Shown here in pieces: positions 12,001 to 27,000 of a DNA stretch of 64,000 nucleotides (positions within the stretch are counted from its first letter, which is position 1; each line of letters begins with the position of its first letter). Source of the stretch: a virus; the IMG/VR virus record IMGVR_UViG_3300032331_000813, positions 20,466 to 84,465 of that record. One strand, 5' to 3'. A program made the translations under genes and the position numbers. The notes beneath the pieces are model-generated. The model worked only from the letters and a program-made list of their open reading frames with translations. It was not told the DNA's origin and made no database searches.

Positions 12001-15000
12001 AGCTGAATTCTTATATTGGGCACAAATGGGTTGGGCTCCGGGTAGTATTACTACAATAAATCCGGCAGCATCAACATTGGTCATCAACAAAGAAAGTTCT
12101 ATTGTTCAACCATTAACATTGCGTCAATTTAATTTTGTATTAAATCAAAATCTATATCCTATTCAAGGTAGCGATATGGCAGTGGTTCGTGAAGATACTG
12201 CGTTTTCAGTTACTCCGTTGAATGTTGGTGATGCTATTAGCTATGGACAATTCAATATTAGTAACATTGAACATGGAATTGTATTTGACAATGTAACATT
12301 GTTTAATGATATAATTTACAATCTTTCAACTGGTTTAAGACAAAATCGCATTTTTGTTCGTGGAAGAAAAACTGCTGAATGGAACGGCAATGTAGACGCA
12401 TTTGGTTTTATTTTAAATCAAGATAATATCACTGAATGGACTAAAGAAGTAAAATATACTCAAGGCTCTATTGTAAAATATAAAAACAAATATTGGACAG
12501 CTATAACAATTGTACAAGCAAAAGAAATATTTGACGAACGTGAATGGGTTGTAACAGATTATGACAAAATTCAAAAAGGATTATTGCCTAACAGCCAAAC
12601 ACGTTCATACGAAAGCACATTGTATTATGATACAAACAATGCTAATTTAGAAAATGATGCTGACTTACTTAGTTTTAGCTTGATTGGGTATCGTCCAAGA
12701 GATTACATGGCTTTAGCTGACTTAACTGATGTGACGCAAGTTAATGTTTACAAAAACATGATTAAAGAAAAAGGCACACTAAATGCAGCAAGTGCGTTTA
12801 AAGGTGCAACTTTGCCGCAAGGTGGAATTAAATATGATATTTACGATAATTGGGCTATATTATCAGGGTCATACGGTGGCATATTAAACAATAATTTTGT
12901 TGAGTTCAGATTGAAACAATCAGAACTAACTGGTAATCCTTCTATAGTAGGATTAACTAATGGCATATCAATTAACGGGGTTCAACAAGAAGTACCTATA
13001 TACAGTTTGTTTAATTATGGTAGACCATTAGACTCAGTTAACATATTACCTACTATACCTAATACTCAACCATCAACGTTATATCCTACCTCAGGGTATG
13101 TAAATTATAATGACGTTACAATGGCTAGTTATTTCTATTCAGGGTTAAGTGCAGCACAAAACTATACTGGAAAAACTATACCTATTAATCAATTCTATGT
13201 AAGAGATTATGCTTGGTTAGCAAATTACCTAGCAACTTGGCAAGTATATACCCCTGCTAGCTTAGGTACAGTAATAAATGTAGACAATAACTTAAATGGT
13301 ACTGTGACGGTAACATTTTCTCAAGCGCATAATTTAAAATTATATGATCCATTTGCTATAGTTAACTTTGCAGTTGATATTGACAACTATTATATAGTAG
13401 CAGCCGTCCCAAATCCGCAGACAGTAATAATTAATCTATCACTAAATCCTTCTATCAGAAACATAACTGGTCAAGGTATAGGAATGAGAATGCAAAGTCA
13501 ACGTGTAGCTACTGCACCTGAAATTGATAATCTACCACTATTAGATAATGAATTCAACAAACTTAAAGTTTGGGTAGATACTAACAATGACGGAAGTTGG
13601 GCTGTATATCGCAAGAGTTTGAATTATCAATATGACAATGAAATTATCAAAGCAGCTTCACAAAATTTTGGTAGTGCAGTTGCATACACTGAAAATTTAG
13701 GGTATTTGATAGGTGATAGTGCGTTGGGTACTGTTTATAGATATCTGTATAACGTTGAAGAAAATGTTTATACTTTATCACAAGCTATCAGTCAAGGTGG
13801 TTCATTTGGATCATGCATAACATATGTTGATGATTTGTTTGCAATATCACAACCAACACACCCGTCAGAAGTACCTGCATTATACATATATCAATTAACA
13901 ACTAATGATATAATTAATACGATAGCATTATATCAAACTATTACTGCTCCAAATGGGGTAACTAATTGGGGTAGGTCTACTGCAATGTCAGGTGATCAAA
14001 ATTGGTTATACATTTCAGATACTGATAATGCTAAAGTTTATGTGTATCGTAGGTCTTCAACTACTCAACTATATGTTCAAGTTAAAACTTCAAACGGATT
14101 ACCATTGACATTAAGCGTAGCTGAATTAACATCAGCAGATTTGTTTGGCTATTCAATTGCAACTGATTATTATGGCGATACAGTAGTAATTGGAGCACCG
14201 TTTAAGGATTATACTAATGATGGTACTACGAACAACTATGGATATTCTTACGTCTTTAGTAGAACTGTACAAAATTTTATAGCACAACAAACCGGTCAAC
14301 CTTACAAAGAATTGACTTTTCAATTAGGATTTACTCCTGAAACTGTTGTGCAAATTGCTACTTCAACTGATGCTGCAACTGATAGAATTACAGTAGCTGA
14401 TACCAGTGCATTTAATGTAAATGATCCGGTAGTATTTTCTGGCACCATATTATCTAGTGGTGCACTATCCGCTAACACTGTTTATTATATAAAAACTATA
14501 CCAACATCAACTGCGTTTACTGTTTCAAGAAAAATAGGAGGGAGTACTTTCCAATTAATAGATGATACTGGAATACCAGGTATGACCGTGACTGTTCAAA
14601 CTACTCCATTGTATGTAACAATAAATGGTGAGTTGTTGTCTGATAAAAACTATGCGGTTACTGGTTCAGTGTTAAACATTTATACTGATTCTACTATTTT
14701 AGTAAATGCAGGCGACTTGATTAATGTGAGTGCCCCTTCTTTTGTATTAGCACAAACTTTAACTGATGAAAATCCACCTAGGGTAGGAGTTGAGTTTGGT
14801 TCAAGTATTGATGTTAATGCATTTGCCAATGAGATATTAATTGGCGCACCATATGAGTTAAGCAGTAAAAATAATGAAGGTGCGGTACATCGTTATACAA
14901 ACGGTGGTGAAAAATACGGTATAGTTATTGGTTCATCTAAGTGTGCTATAACCTCAGAACAAACTATTTTTATCAATGGGTTTGCAGTTATTTTACAAGC

Positions 15001-18000
15001 AGGAAATGCTTCTTCAGCAGCTACTAGTATTAATTTAGTTAACATACCAAACGTATATGCTTCAGCATCTGATACCACTGATAATGGTATATTATCTATA
15101 TCATTAGTAGACGTTGAGATTGGTGTAATGGGTAATAAACTATCACTAACTGCTTTATTGTCTACTACCTTTGCTGAAATGGGAATGACTATTTATAAAA
15201 AGACACAAACAATTGTCTGCCCACATTCTGCTACAAGAACTCAATTTGGAGCAGTTGTTAAATTTAACAAGTCTACATATGGATCATTCGTTGCTAGCGC
15301 CCCAGCAGGAGCACGAGTTGCTGCAACTACTTTTGATTTTACAGATGATGAATTAGACAACGATACGGTATTTGATAATAATGCCACTCAGTGGATAGAT
15401 AGTTTTGTCAACGCCGGTGCAGTGTATATGTTTGACTTCTTATCTGCATATAACGAAAATATTGATAATCCGGGTAAATTTGTGTACGCACAAAGTACAA
15501 ACGCTAGAGATATTGAGTACGGAGCACAACCATATTATGGAACTGCATTAGATTTCAACAACAACCGAGTTACAATTGGAACTCCTAACTTTATATCGCC
15601 TACACTGACTTATCAAGGGCAAGTTGTAACTTATATAAGTTCTAGTACTGAACCTGATTGGGCTGTGTATAGGGAATCAGCACCAGTAGTAGATGTTAAT
15701 GGAATATTTAACATTCAGATGTATAGTGCAATGACTAACGATACATTAGAAAATCTAGATTATATTGATCCTCTTCAAGGAAAACTATTAGGTGTAGTAG
15801 CACAAAACATTGATGTTGTTTCTAATCAAGATCCTGCTAGCTATAACTCTCCTGGTATAGCACAACAAGGTATAGTATGGGGACAAGATAAAGTAGGTCA
15901 TATTTGGTTCAATACTTCTAATACAAGATTTATGAATTATCATCAAAATGATGTTAATTATAATAGTCAATGGTGGGGTAGAGTATTTCCGGGCAGTGAT
16001 GTAGCAGTATATTCTTGGATAGAAAGTAATGTTCCACCTGAACTATATTCTGGTCCTGGAACGCCATTTGATACATTTAACTATGCTGTTAGAGGGGTGA
16101 TCAATGCAGAAGGGCTAATTACTCCTGTATATTATTTCTGGGCTAGAAATACAAATATTGTTTTTGAAAGATTAGGAAAAACATTAGCAGATTCTACATT
16201 AGAGTTATACATTACTAGCCCGCAAAATACTGGTATATCATATTTTGCACCACTGCTACCTAGTGTGTTTGGTTTATATAATGGATTTGAATTTATCAAT
16301 GCAAATGACACGGTACTTCATATTGGATATTCTACTGGAACTAATAGTGACGTATCACATAATCAATATAGTTTGATTCGTGCAAATTATGCAAATGACT
16401 TCTTACCGGGAGTACCTGGATCCGGCGCAGCTTATCAAAATCACTTAGCAGTTGGTATCACAGAACCGATTGATTTATACAATCGAATGTTAGATAGTAT
16501 GTGTGGGGTTGACAATGCAGGAGGTGTTGTTCCCGACCCACAATTACCAAAAGCAGTTCAAACTGGCGTACTTGCTAGACCAAGACAGGGTTTCTTTTAT
16601 AGCAGATTTGGAGCACTAAAGAATTATTTACAGTATGCAAATACTGTATTATCACAGTTCCCAATTACAGAAATGAGACCTAACATTCCTTTCTTGAATA
16701 CTACTGGTGAGTTTTATGACACTAGTGCTTATTGGACATTAATCAATTGGTGGGCTCCTGAATACAACGATAATACTAAATCATTAATTCAAGTCCCTGT
16801 GTATGCAGATTTGGCTGCATTGACAGTTGCCGTTGGAACTATAGTTACTGTTTTACAAAACGGTGTTGGTAGTGCAGAGACATACATTTATAGTAGTGAT
16901 GGTGCTTGGATTAGAATAGGATTAGAAAACGGAACCATAGAATTTAAGAGTGTTCTTTGGGATTACCCTAGTGCTAGATTAGGTTTTGGTGATAATTTCT
17001 TTGACACTACTTTATATGATGTTTATCCTTCTGCGGAAACAAGATATATTGTCCGTGCCTTAAATGAAGAAATTTATACTAATGAATTATTAATCTTTAG
17101 AAATAAGAGTCTAATACTATTGTTTGAATACATTCAAAGCGAAACTATTGAAAGTCAAAACTATTTGTCATGGTTAAATAAAACTTCATTTGCAGATGTA
17201 TCACATACAATTCGTGAATTATTACCAATTGAAGTATTTCAATCTGACAATGAATTATTCTTAGAAGGTTACTTAAATGAAGTTAAACCTTATCACGTAG
17301 TTATTAAAGAATTTATTTTCAAATATACTAGAGAAGAAATATATCAAGGTGATGTTACTGACTTTGACGTACCTGCACAATTTACCTCAGGTGTAAATGA
17401 ATTTATAACTCCTGAGTTAGTTTATACTACTCCTACAGAAATTAATCAATTTAATTATCTTGACCCAATCTGGGCAACAGCACCTTATAATCAATGGTAT
17501 AATAATTATGGTGTAAGTTTGAATGGTGAAAAAGGATATTACATTGCTACATTAGCATCTTATATTTCATTGAATGCAACATCTTGCTATGTAGATAATA
17601 TTAACGGTTTTCCGGTTACTGGTAGTATACTAATCGGAACTGAAGAAATTGGATACTCATATAGAGATTTGGCAACTAATCAATTAAGTGGATTGTCTCG
17701 TGGACAAAATAGTACAACTATTGCTATTCATTTCCCAGAAACAAATATATACATGAATCTTCCTGGAGTATTAGTTACTGATACTGGTAGAAATTATTTA
17801 AATCCTCCAAGAATTACTGCTTACATAGACTTAACCAAATATCCTGCTCCTAAGATAACAGCAATATTAGAACCAATATTAGCTTTAGGAAAAGTTATTG
17901 GAGTGACCGTCGTAGACCCTGGTTTGGGTTATGCTGTATTACCTCAAATAATTATTGATCCTGCAATTGTAATAACGATTGATAGTTCTCAAGTAAGTAT

Positions 18001-21000
18001 AGTAGACAATACAATTGACATTGGTAGTACTGAATTACAAACTGGAGATTTAGTAGTATATACTGTTGGCCCTAACTCAACCCCTATAGGTGGATTGAAA
18101 GAAGGTCAAAGATATTATGTAAATCTTCTAGAAACTATACCTGCACCAATCATTGCACTTTATACTGAATATCTATCTGCGATTGAAGATCACGATAGAG
18201 TTATATTAGATAGTACTGGCACAGGGACTCAAAAGTTCAGCATGGGTGCTGCTGCAAATGCAATAACAAATGCAACACCAATAAGAGAAAATATAATATC
18301 ATTAAGATTTGATAGAACAACTTATAATTCTCAAGTAGTAGAGTGGTCACCATTTGGATATTATGGTTCTTTCTATGCTGGAACATTGCGTAATCCCGAC
18401 AAAGTAGCATCATCTGCAATTACTTTATACAGTAACACTCCGCCTATTGAAACTATATTAGCAAGTGCTCAGGGAGCAACATTTGAAATTTTAGATACTA
18501 CTAATCAGCAAACACTTGAGTGGTCATCAAGAACAAGAAATACAATGCAGACGTATGGTAGTCTTTACCCTACTGAAGCATATAGAAATGCAATTCGTAT
18601 CGACCCGTCAGACGGTGGTGTAGCAGTAGAAGGTTTTATTGGATCAACAATTGGTTTCTATATAGGAATGCCAGTTAAGTTCAACGGGTCAACTATTGGT
18701 ACATTGTTAGAAGATGATGTAACTTACTATGTTAAGTCATTAGTTAAGTTACCAAATACAGGAACATCAACTAGTGCAACCAGAACCAATGCTTCAAATA
18801 ATACTATTACAGTAGCTAGTTCTGTTAATTTTAAATTGCAAGATACTGTTGTGTTTACTAGTGCTACGCAGATTATATCTTCCGGATATTTTGTTATAGG
18901 TCAAACGTATGAAATAACAACAGTAGGAACAACTAACTTCACCTTAATAGGTGCTGCTTCAAACGATGTTGGTACTGTGTTCATTGCAACTGGAGTCGGC
19001 ACAGGTACTGGAACTGCGGAACAGAGAAGTTTGGGCAATGTTATATATCTTGAAACATATTATATCTTGAGTAAACCGTCTGCAACTACAGTTACACTCT
19101 CACAAACATTAGGTGGTAGTGTATTCAAGTTATCTAATGCCACTGGTGTAATGACAATGATCAGACCTGATACTGATGTATTAGAAGATACTGGTTTTAC
19201 GATTTCTGATACAGTTGACGAGAATGGTAATCCAGGCGCAGTTTATTCTCCTAACATTGGCATTGGTTCAGTAACTATTGCACCTGCAGGATTAAAATTA
19301 CTAACAGGCAATCAAACTAATCTTGAGATAATAACAATTAATTATTCTGGATTAAGAAATACTGTAGCTACTACAGGTACTACAAACACAGTAACTGTAT
19401 TGTTGACTGCTACAGGCGAAAATGGTACTACTGGATTCTATACTGGACTTCCTATATTCTTTGTAGGTAATACGTTTGGTGGAATTGTTGAAAACATTAG
19501 TTATTATGTAACTACTGTTATTGATGCACAGACATTCACAATGTCTCCTACATCAGATGCACCTTTTGCTATTAGTTTCACTGAAACCACATCAACAGAT
19601 AATTTAGTTGTTTGTGGAACAAGTAGTACTGAAAATATTACTTTAAACTTGTCAGTCAATGAACCTATCATATTTACTGACTTCGTATTAAAAGCAGGTT
19701 ACTTTACAATAGGACAAGTATATTCTATAGTTTCTGTAGCAGATAATAACGGCGGTGCTACTACTGATTTTACTTTGATTGGTTCAAGTTCTAACGCTAT
19801 TGGTACTATATTTACTGCTACTGGTGTAGGCACTGGAACCGGTACTGCTACCCCAACAAGTCCTTCTACTACGTTTGGTGGAATAGTTTTTGGTAAGACA
19901 TACTATGTAAGACAAAAGTTTGCAGACGTTGACCCAATTGATTTAGTTACAACTACATACTCTATTTCTATAGCTGAAAGCGTAAATGGAGATGCAGTAA
20001 CATTAACTAATACGGTTGGTTCATGTTTGTTTACAAGTCAAAAAGATACACTACCATTAACAACAGCGACAGGTTCTATGACTATGAATGTTGCATTACC
20101 AGTAAGTCCTGGACAAGTTGATGGACAACAGTTTACTTTATACAACACTTCTAGTCAGTTAGCGGGCAAACAAGGAACAGTATCTAATCTATTGAATAGA
20201 GAAATAACTTCTACTTTAGATACAGTTAATAGAATTTGTTTATCTTCATTTAGCGGTGGATTAACTGACATATACAATAATTTACAATTTAAAGTTTCTA
20301 CACCAATTGGTGGATTGACTAATGCTACCGTTTATGCTGGTAGTTTCATTGTTGGAAATGTTTATACAATAACTTACATTGGTGATACAACTCAATCTAA
20401 TTGGAATACTATTGCAGGTACTACTGGTGTAGTATACACTATAAACAGTGTGTTTACTTGTGCAGCAACTGGAACTTATATTGGATCACAAACTGGATCT
20501 GCTGTAAGAGTTTATAAAATAACAGGAACTGGAACTACCTCAGTCAAAGTTATTGAAACTCAATCTTCTGGAAATTGGTTAAGGTTAAACGATGACGATA
20601 ATCCAAATACTACTGATGTTTTATATGTGGGTATGCCTTTATATTTCAGCGGTACTTCAGTTGGTTCTGTATCATTAGGTGTAGTGTATTATGTGTTTAG
20701 TATAGATTCAAGTCCACCGTCAGGTACAGGTAGATTCTCAATATCAGAAGTATCTGATTTGTCTAGCCAATTTACAGTAACTGACGATGTTGGAGTAATG
20801 ACCGGATCAGGAGATCCTTATGTAACAATAACTTCTCCTGCGTCATTACTAGATTCTAATCAAATAGCAACTTTCTCAAGTGCTCCTAGCACTGCAACAG
20901 TAACAGTAACTAACGGCTCATCATTTACAAATGGTATGGCAATAAGATTCAATACTACTGACACGTTACCTACTCCGTTGAAAATAAATGTAACTTACTA

Positions 21001-24000
21001 TATTAAGAATCTTAGTGGAAATACATTTAATATAGCATATAGTGCTACTGGTTCACTTATATCATTGTCATTAAATGGTACCGGAGTTCAAAGAGCATAT
21101 GCTCTTCCTGTTATACTAACACAAGTTACAAAATCAGATCCGGTATTTGATGTAAGTTATATTTTAGGTGGTTACAGAACAATAATTACAAATCCAGGTT
21201 CAGGGTATGCAATAAACAATGCTATTACTGTATTGGGAACATCATTAGGTGGAACTACTACTAACAATTTAATACTAACCGTAACTTCAATCAATTCTGA
21301 AGGTGGTATACTATCAACTACTGCAAGTGGAACCCCACCTGGACCAGAAAATCAATACTATTTGAAAGTATTGTCAGTAAATCAAATGGCTGTGTATTCA
21401 AATGCTATATTGACATCACAAGTAAGTGGACAAAATTTCCCTTACAAGGGTATAACAACTATTACAGCAACTGCCACAACAGCAGCTACTGATTTAATTA
21501 CTATAAACAGTACTAGTGATTTCAGCGTTAATGACCCAGTTGTCTTTACTGGAACAGTGTTTGGAAATATAGTTTTAGGAGCTACGTATTATATCACTGG
21601 GTATGGCCCTACAATTAGTGCTGGCAGTTTTGTTGCTACAACACAATATAGAATTAATTCATTAGGCACTACTGATTGGAACATTGCAGCAGGAACATAC
21701 GGTGTTACATATAGTGTAGGAGATGTGTTTACTGCTGTAACAACAAGTTCAGGTACAGGTAATGTTACTTTGTTAACAAGAATAACGATTTCACAAACAA
21801 TTGGTGGTTACACATTTGAATTAGCAGATGCTACTGGTTCCATGACAATGGCTAAATCAGGTGACTATGCATTGTTACCGGAACCATTCTACTTCAGTCC
21901 TAGTATTGTAAAATACGGAACTCGTTTATATGAATGCGTAGTCAGTAATAATGACAATGAGTTTATTTTTGGTAAGTGGGCATTACTAGATACCGGAAAT
22001 AGAAATGTAAATGCACTAGACAGAATTGCAGCATACTATCAACCAACAGTTAACATGCCGGGTGTTGATTTAACCCAACTAGTATCAGGTATAACATATC
22101 CAAATAGCACTTATTTAGGTAATGCATTCGCACCAGCAGATGAATTCACATTAGATACAATTTTAACTGATAGACCATTCTACCCAACTGGTGTAGATTT
22201 AGAAGCCATCATTTGGAATGGTGTAATTTATATGGCTGCTGCTCAAACAAGCGAATATAGTTCAATTAACATGAGTGTAGATACTGATAATTGGACAATA
22301 ACAAAGATAGCAAGAAATCCAATCAATATAACCAGTCTATTATATGTTAACGGTAACTATTTGATGACAGCTAATAATGGAGCAACACCGTTATTGATAA
22401 GTGAAGATGGATATCAATGGATAACTAACGGTTCATTTACCCCTTTCAGTAGTACACCATGGGACGTTGTTTCATATGATATATCTTCAATGTCTATGCC
22501 GGCGTTCTCATTGAATGAGTCAGCATATTACAATGGTATATATGTTGCTGTAGGTGATAATATTGTGTCATCAACTGATTTATATGCATGGGTAGAAAGA
22601 TTTACATTTGGTGGCACTTTGACTACTAGTGAGTTTAAAGGGGTTTGCTATGCAAATACCGCTGGATTCTCTGGTTTTATGGCAGTTGGTTTAGGACAAA
22701 TAATTACGTACAACAATGTTGGCAATGTGACTAATGTTGGTATAGTCTATACTAGCCCTGACGGTATTACTTGGCAACAAGTTCCAATGAATATTACAAC
22801 TGATTTAAGTTTTAATAGCATTGCAGCTAGTGGACAAACAATTGTCGTAGTGGGTGATGATGGATTAATATGGACAAGTTTCAACGGAAGTATTTGGTTT
22901 AATCAAACATCTCCGATAACATCTAACTTGAACAATGTAAGTTGGAATAGTGTTAATAATACATTTATGGCAGTTGGTGATGATGGTGTGATATTATATA
23001 ACTCTACAGGCACTGGTATAACATGGACAAGACAAACTTCAGGTACTACGGAAGATTTACAAAGTTCAGTATGGAACAATTCACGTGGTGAATATGTCGT
23101 AGTAGGATATAATAACACTATATTAACAAGCACTATCGCAGCAACAAGTTGGTCAGCACATGCTAAATTTATAAATCCAATAGCAGTGTATGATGTACAA
23201 GGCGATGATTTCTCTGCAGGATATGGCCCAGAAGAATTAGTTGGTGGTGTTGTAGAAGATACCATAATGATGACTGTAGCAACTCGTCCGGGTACAAACT
23301 GGGATGAAACAATTTATCAACATACTGGTTATAATGTAGTTTCTGAAGAAATATATCCAATCAATGGTACTCAAACTGATTATAGTTTTGCTAATTTAGT
23401 ATCTACCCCTGCACAATTGAGTGTATTTGTTGTGAGTTATTTGACTGGAACAAGTACTACTCTTTATGAAGGAGCCGATTATTATATTGACTGGATTAAT
23501 AAAACAGTATCGATATTTACCCCATTGACTTATGTATCATCTACTTTAAGAGATAGATTGCGTATTGATGTATATGAAGTGGGCAACGGAGACCAATTAG
23601 TTAAAGCAAATACAGAAACTGATCCACTAAGAATAAATCCTGTTACAGGATTTAATGAGATATATGTAAATGCTAACTATAGCGCAACTATATACAAAGG
23701 TTCAGGATTAATACGTCCTAGTACGGCTCCAATTGTTACTACTGCAACACACACTAATAGTTTTGATAATACGATAACATGTACTAGTGTTACTGAGTTT
23801 GTACTTAATGGACCTATATACTTTTCTGGATATGTTTTTGGCAATATAGTTGAAGATACAATTTATTATGTTAAATCAATAGGCGGAGTATCAAATCGAA
23901 TTACTATTTCTGATAGTTATAATTCAAGTACAGGGGCTGCAGGAGATACTTTCATTTTATCTTCTGCGGACGGAAGTATGGAAGCAGTTATACAGTCTAC

Positions 24001-27000
24001 AAACAGTGTAGTATGGACACCACCGGCTATATATCATAATGGATCATTATTGATATCGGGTATTACTGAAACTGTTTTGAGAACAAAATCAAGTACTAAT
24101 ACCATCACAGCTATTACTACTGGAGGATTGATTGTAGGTACACCTATCGTATTCAGCGATACTATATTTGGTGGTATAGAGCCTGGCATAATATATTACG
24201 TAAACTTAATATATGACTCAAACGAATTTACAATATCTGAAACTTTGGGCGGTTCTGATTTAGAATTAACCGATGCAACAGGTAGCGCAATATTCATAAC
24301 AAATGACTATGCTATTGGATTTGCTGATAATGGAATATCTGCGGCAGTAATATTCTCTCAACTGTATGACACAACGGTTGACTATATAAGTTACACATTG
24401 TTTGGTGAAACATTCCCTATTCAATATGGATATACTATCCCGCAAGTAGAAACATTTGTTGGTGACGGGGCGACCTCTACTTTTGCTTTAAGTAATTATA
24501 TATCAGATGACAGCGTTGTTAATGCAATAGTAGAAATAGACGGCATTCGCAGAACATTAGCAGAATATACTATTAGCACTATTACTAATAGTATTACGTT
24601 TAAAAATCCTCCTAGTGCAAACCCTGCGACTACAACAGCTGGTAATTTTGTAGTGGGAACTTCTTATCGTATTGCGTCATTGGGAACAACTGATTTTGTA
24701 TCAATAGGCGCAACTTCTACGGCAAATGTTACTGGTTCTATTAGTGGTACATCTTTAACTATTACTAGTGTTACTTCAGGATTATTAGATTCAGGAATAT
24801 GTATAACAGGTACGGGAATAACAGCTGGCACATATATTACTGATCAAATATTAACGCAGACAGCGGGCAATTTTATTGTAGGGATGCCATATAGAATAGA
24901 GTCTATTGGAACAACTGATTTCGTAGCAATAGGTGCAGCTTCAACAGCGGTTGTAACCGGTACGATTAGTAATGGTTTAGGTAGCGCAGGTAATAAACTT
25001 AATGTTACTGCTTCAACTTCAGGTGCGTTAGCAGTAGGCACTTACATAACAGGTACGGGCGTAACCGCAGGAACATATATTACTGCTTTGGGTACAGGTA
25101 AAGGCGGAATAGGAACTTATACTGTAAGTGTGTCACAAAATGTAACTTCAACTACTGTTACAGGTCAACCGTTAGTAGGTGAAGGATTTATTGCAACTGA
25201 CATAGGATCTGGTACTGGAACTGCAACACAAACTAATCCCGGTGGAATAGGTTTATACACGGTTGATACTTCACAGACAGTGGCAGAAACTGCAATAACA
25301 GGTCAACCAACTGTTGGTACTGTATTTACTGCAACTGGCGCAGGCGCTGGAACTGGAGTTGTAACTGGGCTAGTAAGTGTCGCAGTAACGACATATAACT
25401 TAACCGAACGTCAGTATCTTAGCACTCAATATAATATTACTGGTATCACACAGACTAGCCAAGGTTCTGTAACAGTAACTGGTAGTCATGGGTTAGAAGA
25501 AACATATGATATGCCAGTTAATGCAGGCTATTTTGATGTTGGACAATCTTACACTATACAAACATTGGGTAATACAAATTGGACAAGCATAGGTGCAACT
25601 CAAGTAACTGATGCTACCTTAACAAAAGGCACTCAGTATATTATTAATACTTTGGGAACCGCAGATTGGACTTCAGTTGGTGCAGGTGGAACAGTAACTG
25701 GTAGTATATCTAACAAAACTATCAATGGGGTAAATACTGGAGTACTAACTGTAACTAGCGTATTGACCCCGTCGATTGTAGTGACTGATTTGGTTATTGG
25801 ACAAACTTATACAATTTTATCATTAGGTACAACTACTAATACACAATGGAATACTATTGCAGGCACTACTGGAAAAACATATGCGGTAGGTAATAGAATA
25901 GATGCTCAAGTAGTCGGGACTGGTACTGGCACTGTAGCAATGAATATGGTAGCAGTTAATCAATTCCTTAGCAGTAGTAGTGTTACTGTTACTGCTGGTA
26001 ATTTTAATATAGGAACTTTATATACTGTTGCAACACTCGGTACTACTAATTTCGTAGCCGTAGGTGCAGCTTCAACTGCGGTAGTAACTGGAGTTATTGG
26101 TGTTACTGTTACAGCTGGTAGTTTTGTAATAGGAAATTCATATTTTATTACAACATTAGGGACTACTGATTTCACTTTAATTGGTGCAAGTTCTAATACA
26201 GTTGGTGTTACATTTATTGCTACGGGCGCAGGAACTGGTACTGGAACTGCAACTAGACCGGGTATAGCAGGTACTACCCTTAATGTATATGCAGTTACTT
26301 CAGGTACATTAGCAGTTGGCACTTATATAACAGGATCAAATGTAGCAGGTGGCACTCGTATTACAGCATTGCTTACTGGAACAGGTGGAATAGGTACATA
26401 TACTGTTAGTACTTCACAATATGTAAATTCAACTATAATAACAGGACAGCCGGCGGTTGGAAGCACATTCACTGCTACTGGAATAGGAACTGGAACTGGA
26501 ACTGCATCCTCAAGCATTGCAGCAAGCACAACTATAACAGGTTTCTTAAGTGGTTCAGGTGGCGTAGGTACGTATACATTGAGTAGTCCACAAATTATAA
26601 CAAGTAGAACCATGACTCTTGGTCCTAATGTAGGGGTATTATTTACCGCTACTACTAATAGTGATCCATCAGGTTCAGGCGGATTTGCATATGTAGCTAG
26701 CTTTACTGCAACTGGGGCGGGTACTGGTATTGGTGCCGGAACAATAGCGTATAGCACAACAGATTTTTCTACATTACAGTATTGGTTAAGTACATCAGCA
26801 GGAGGCACCAGTGTATTGGGTGTAAATTATCCAATAGTATTTGGAACAGTTATACCAAACTGCGGTATAACTGCCGGAAGAAGATATTATGTAACAAAAA
26901 TATTAGATTCTTCAAGATTTACGGTGTCTACTCAAGTAGGGGGAGCATCTCCTAAATTAGAAACTACTACCGGTACTATGATTGGCACAATGACTCAATT

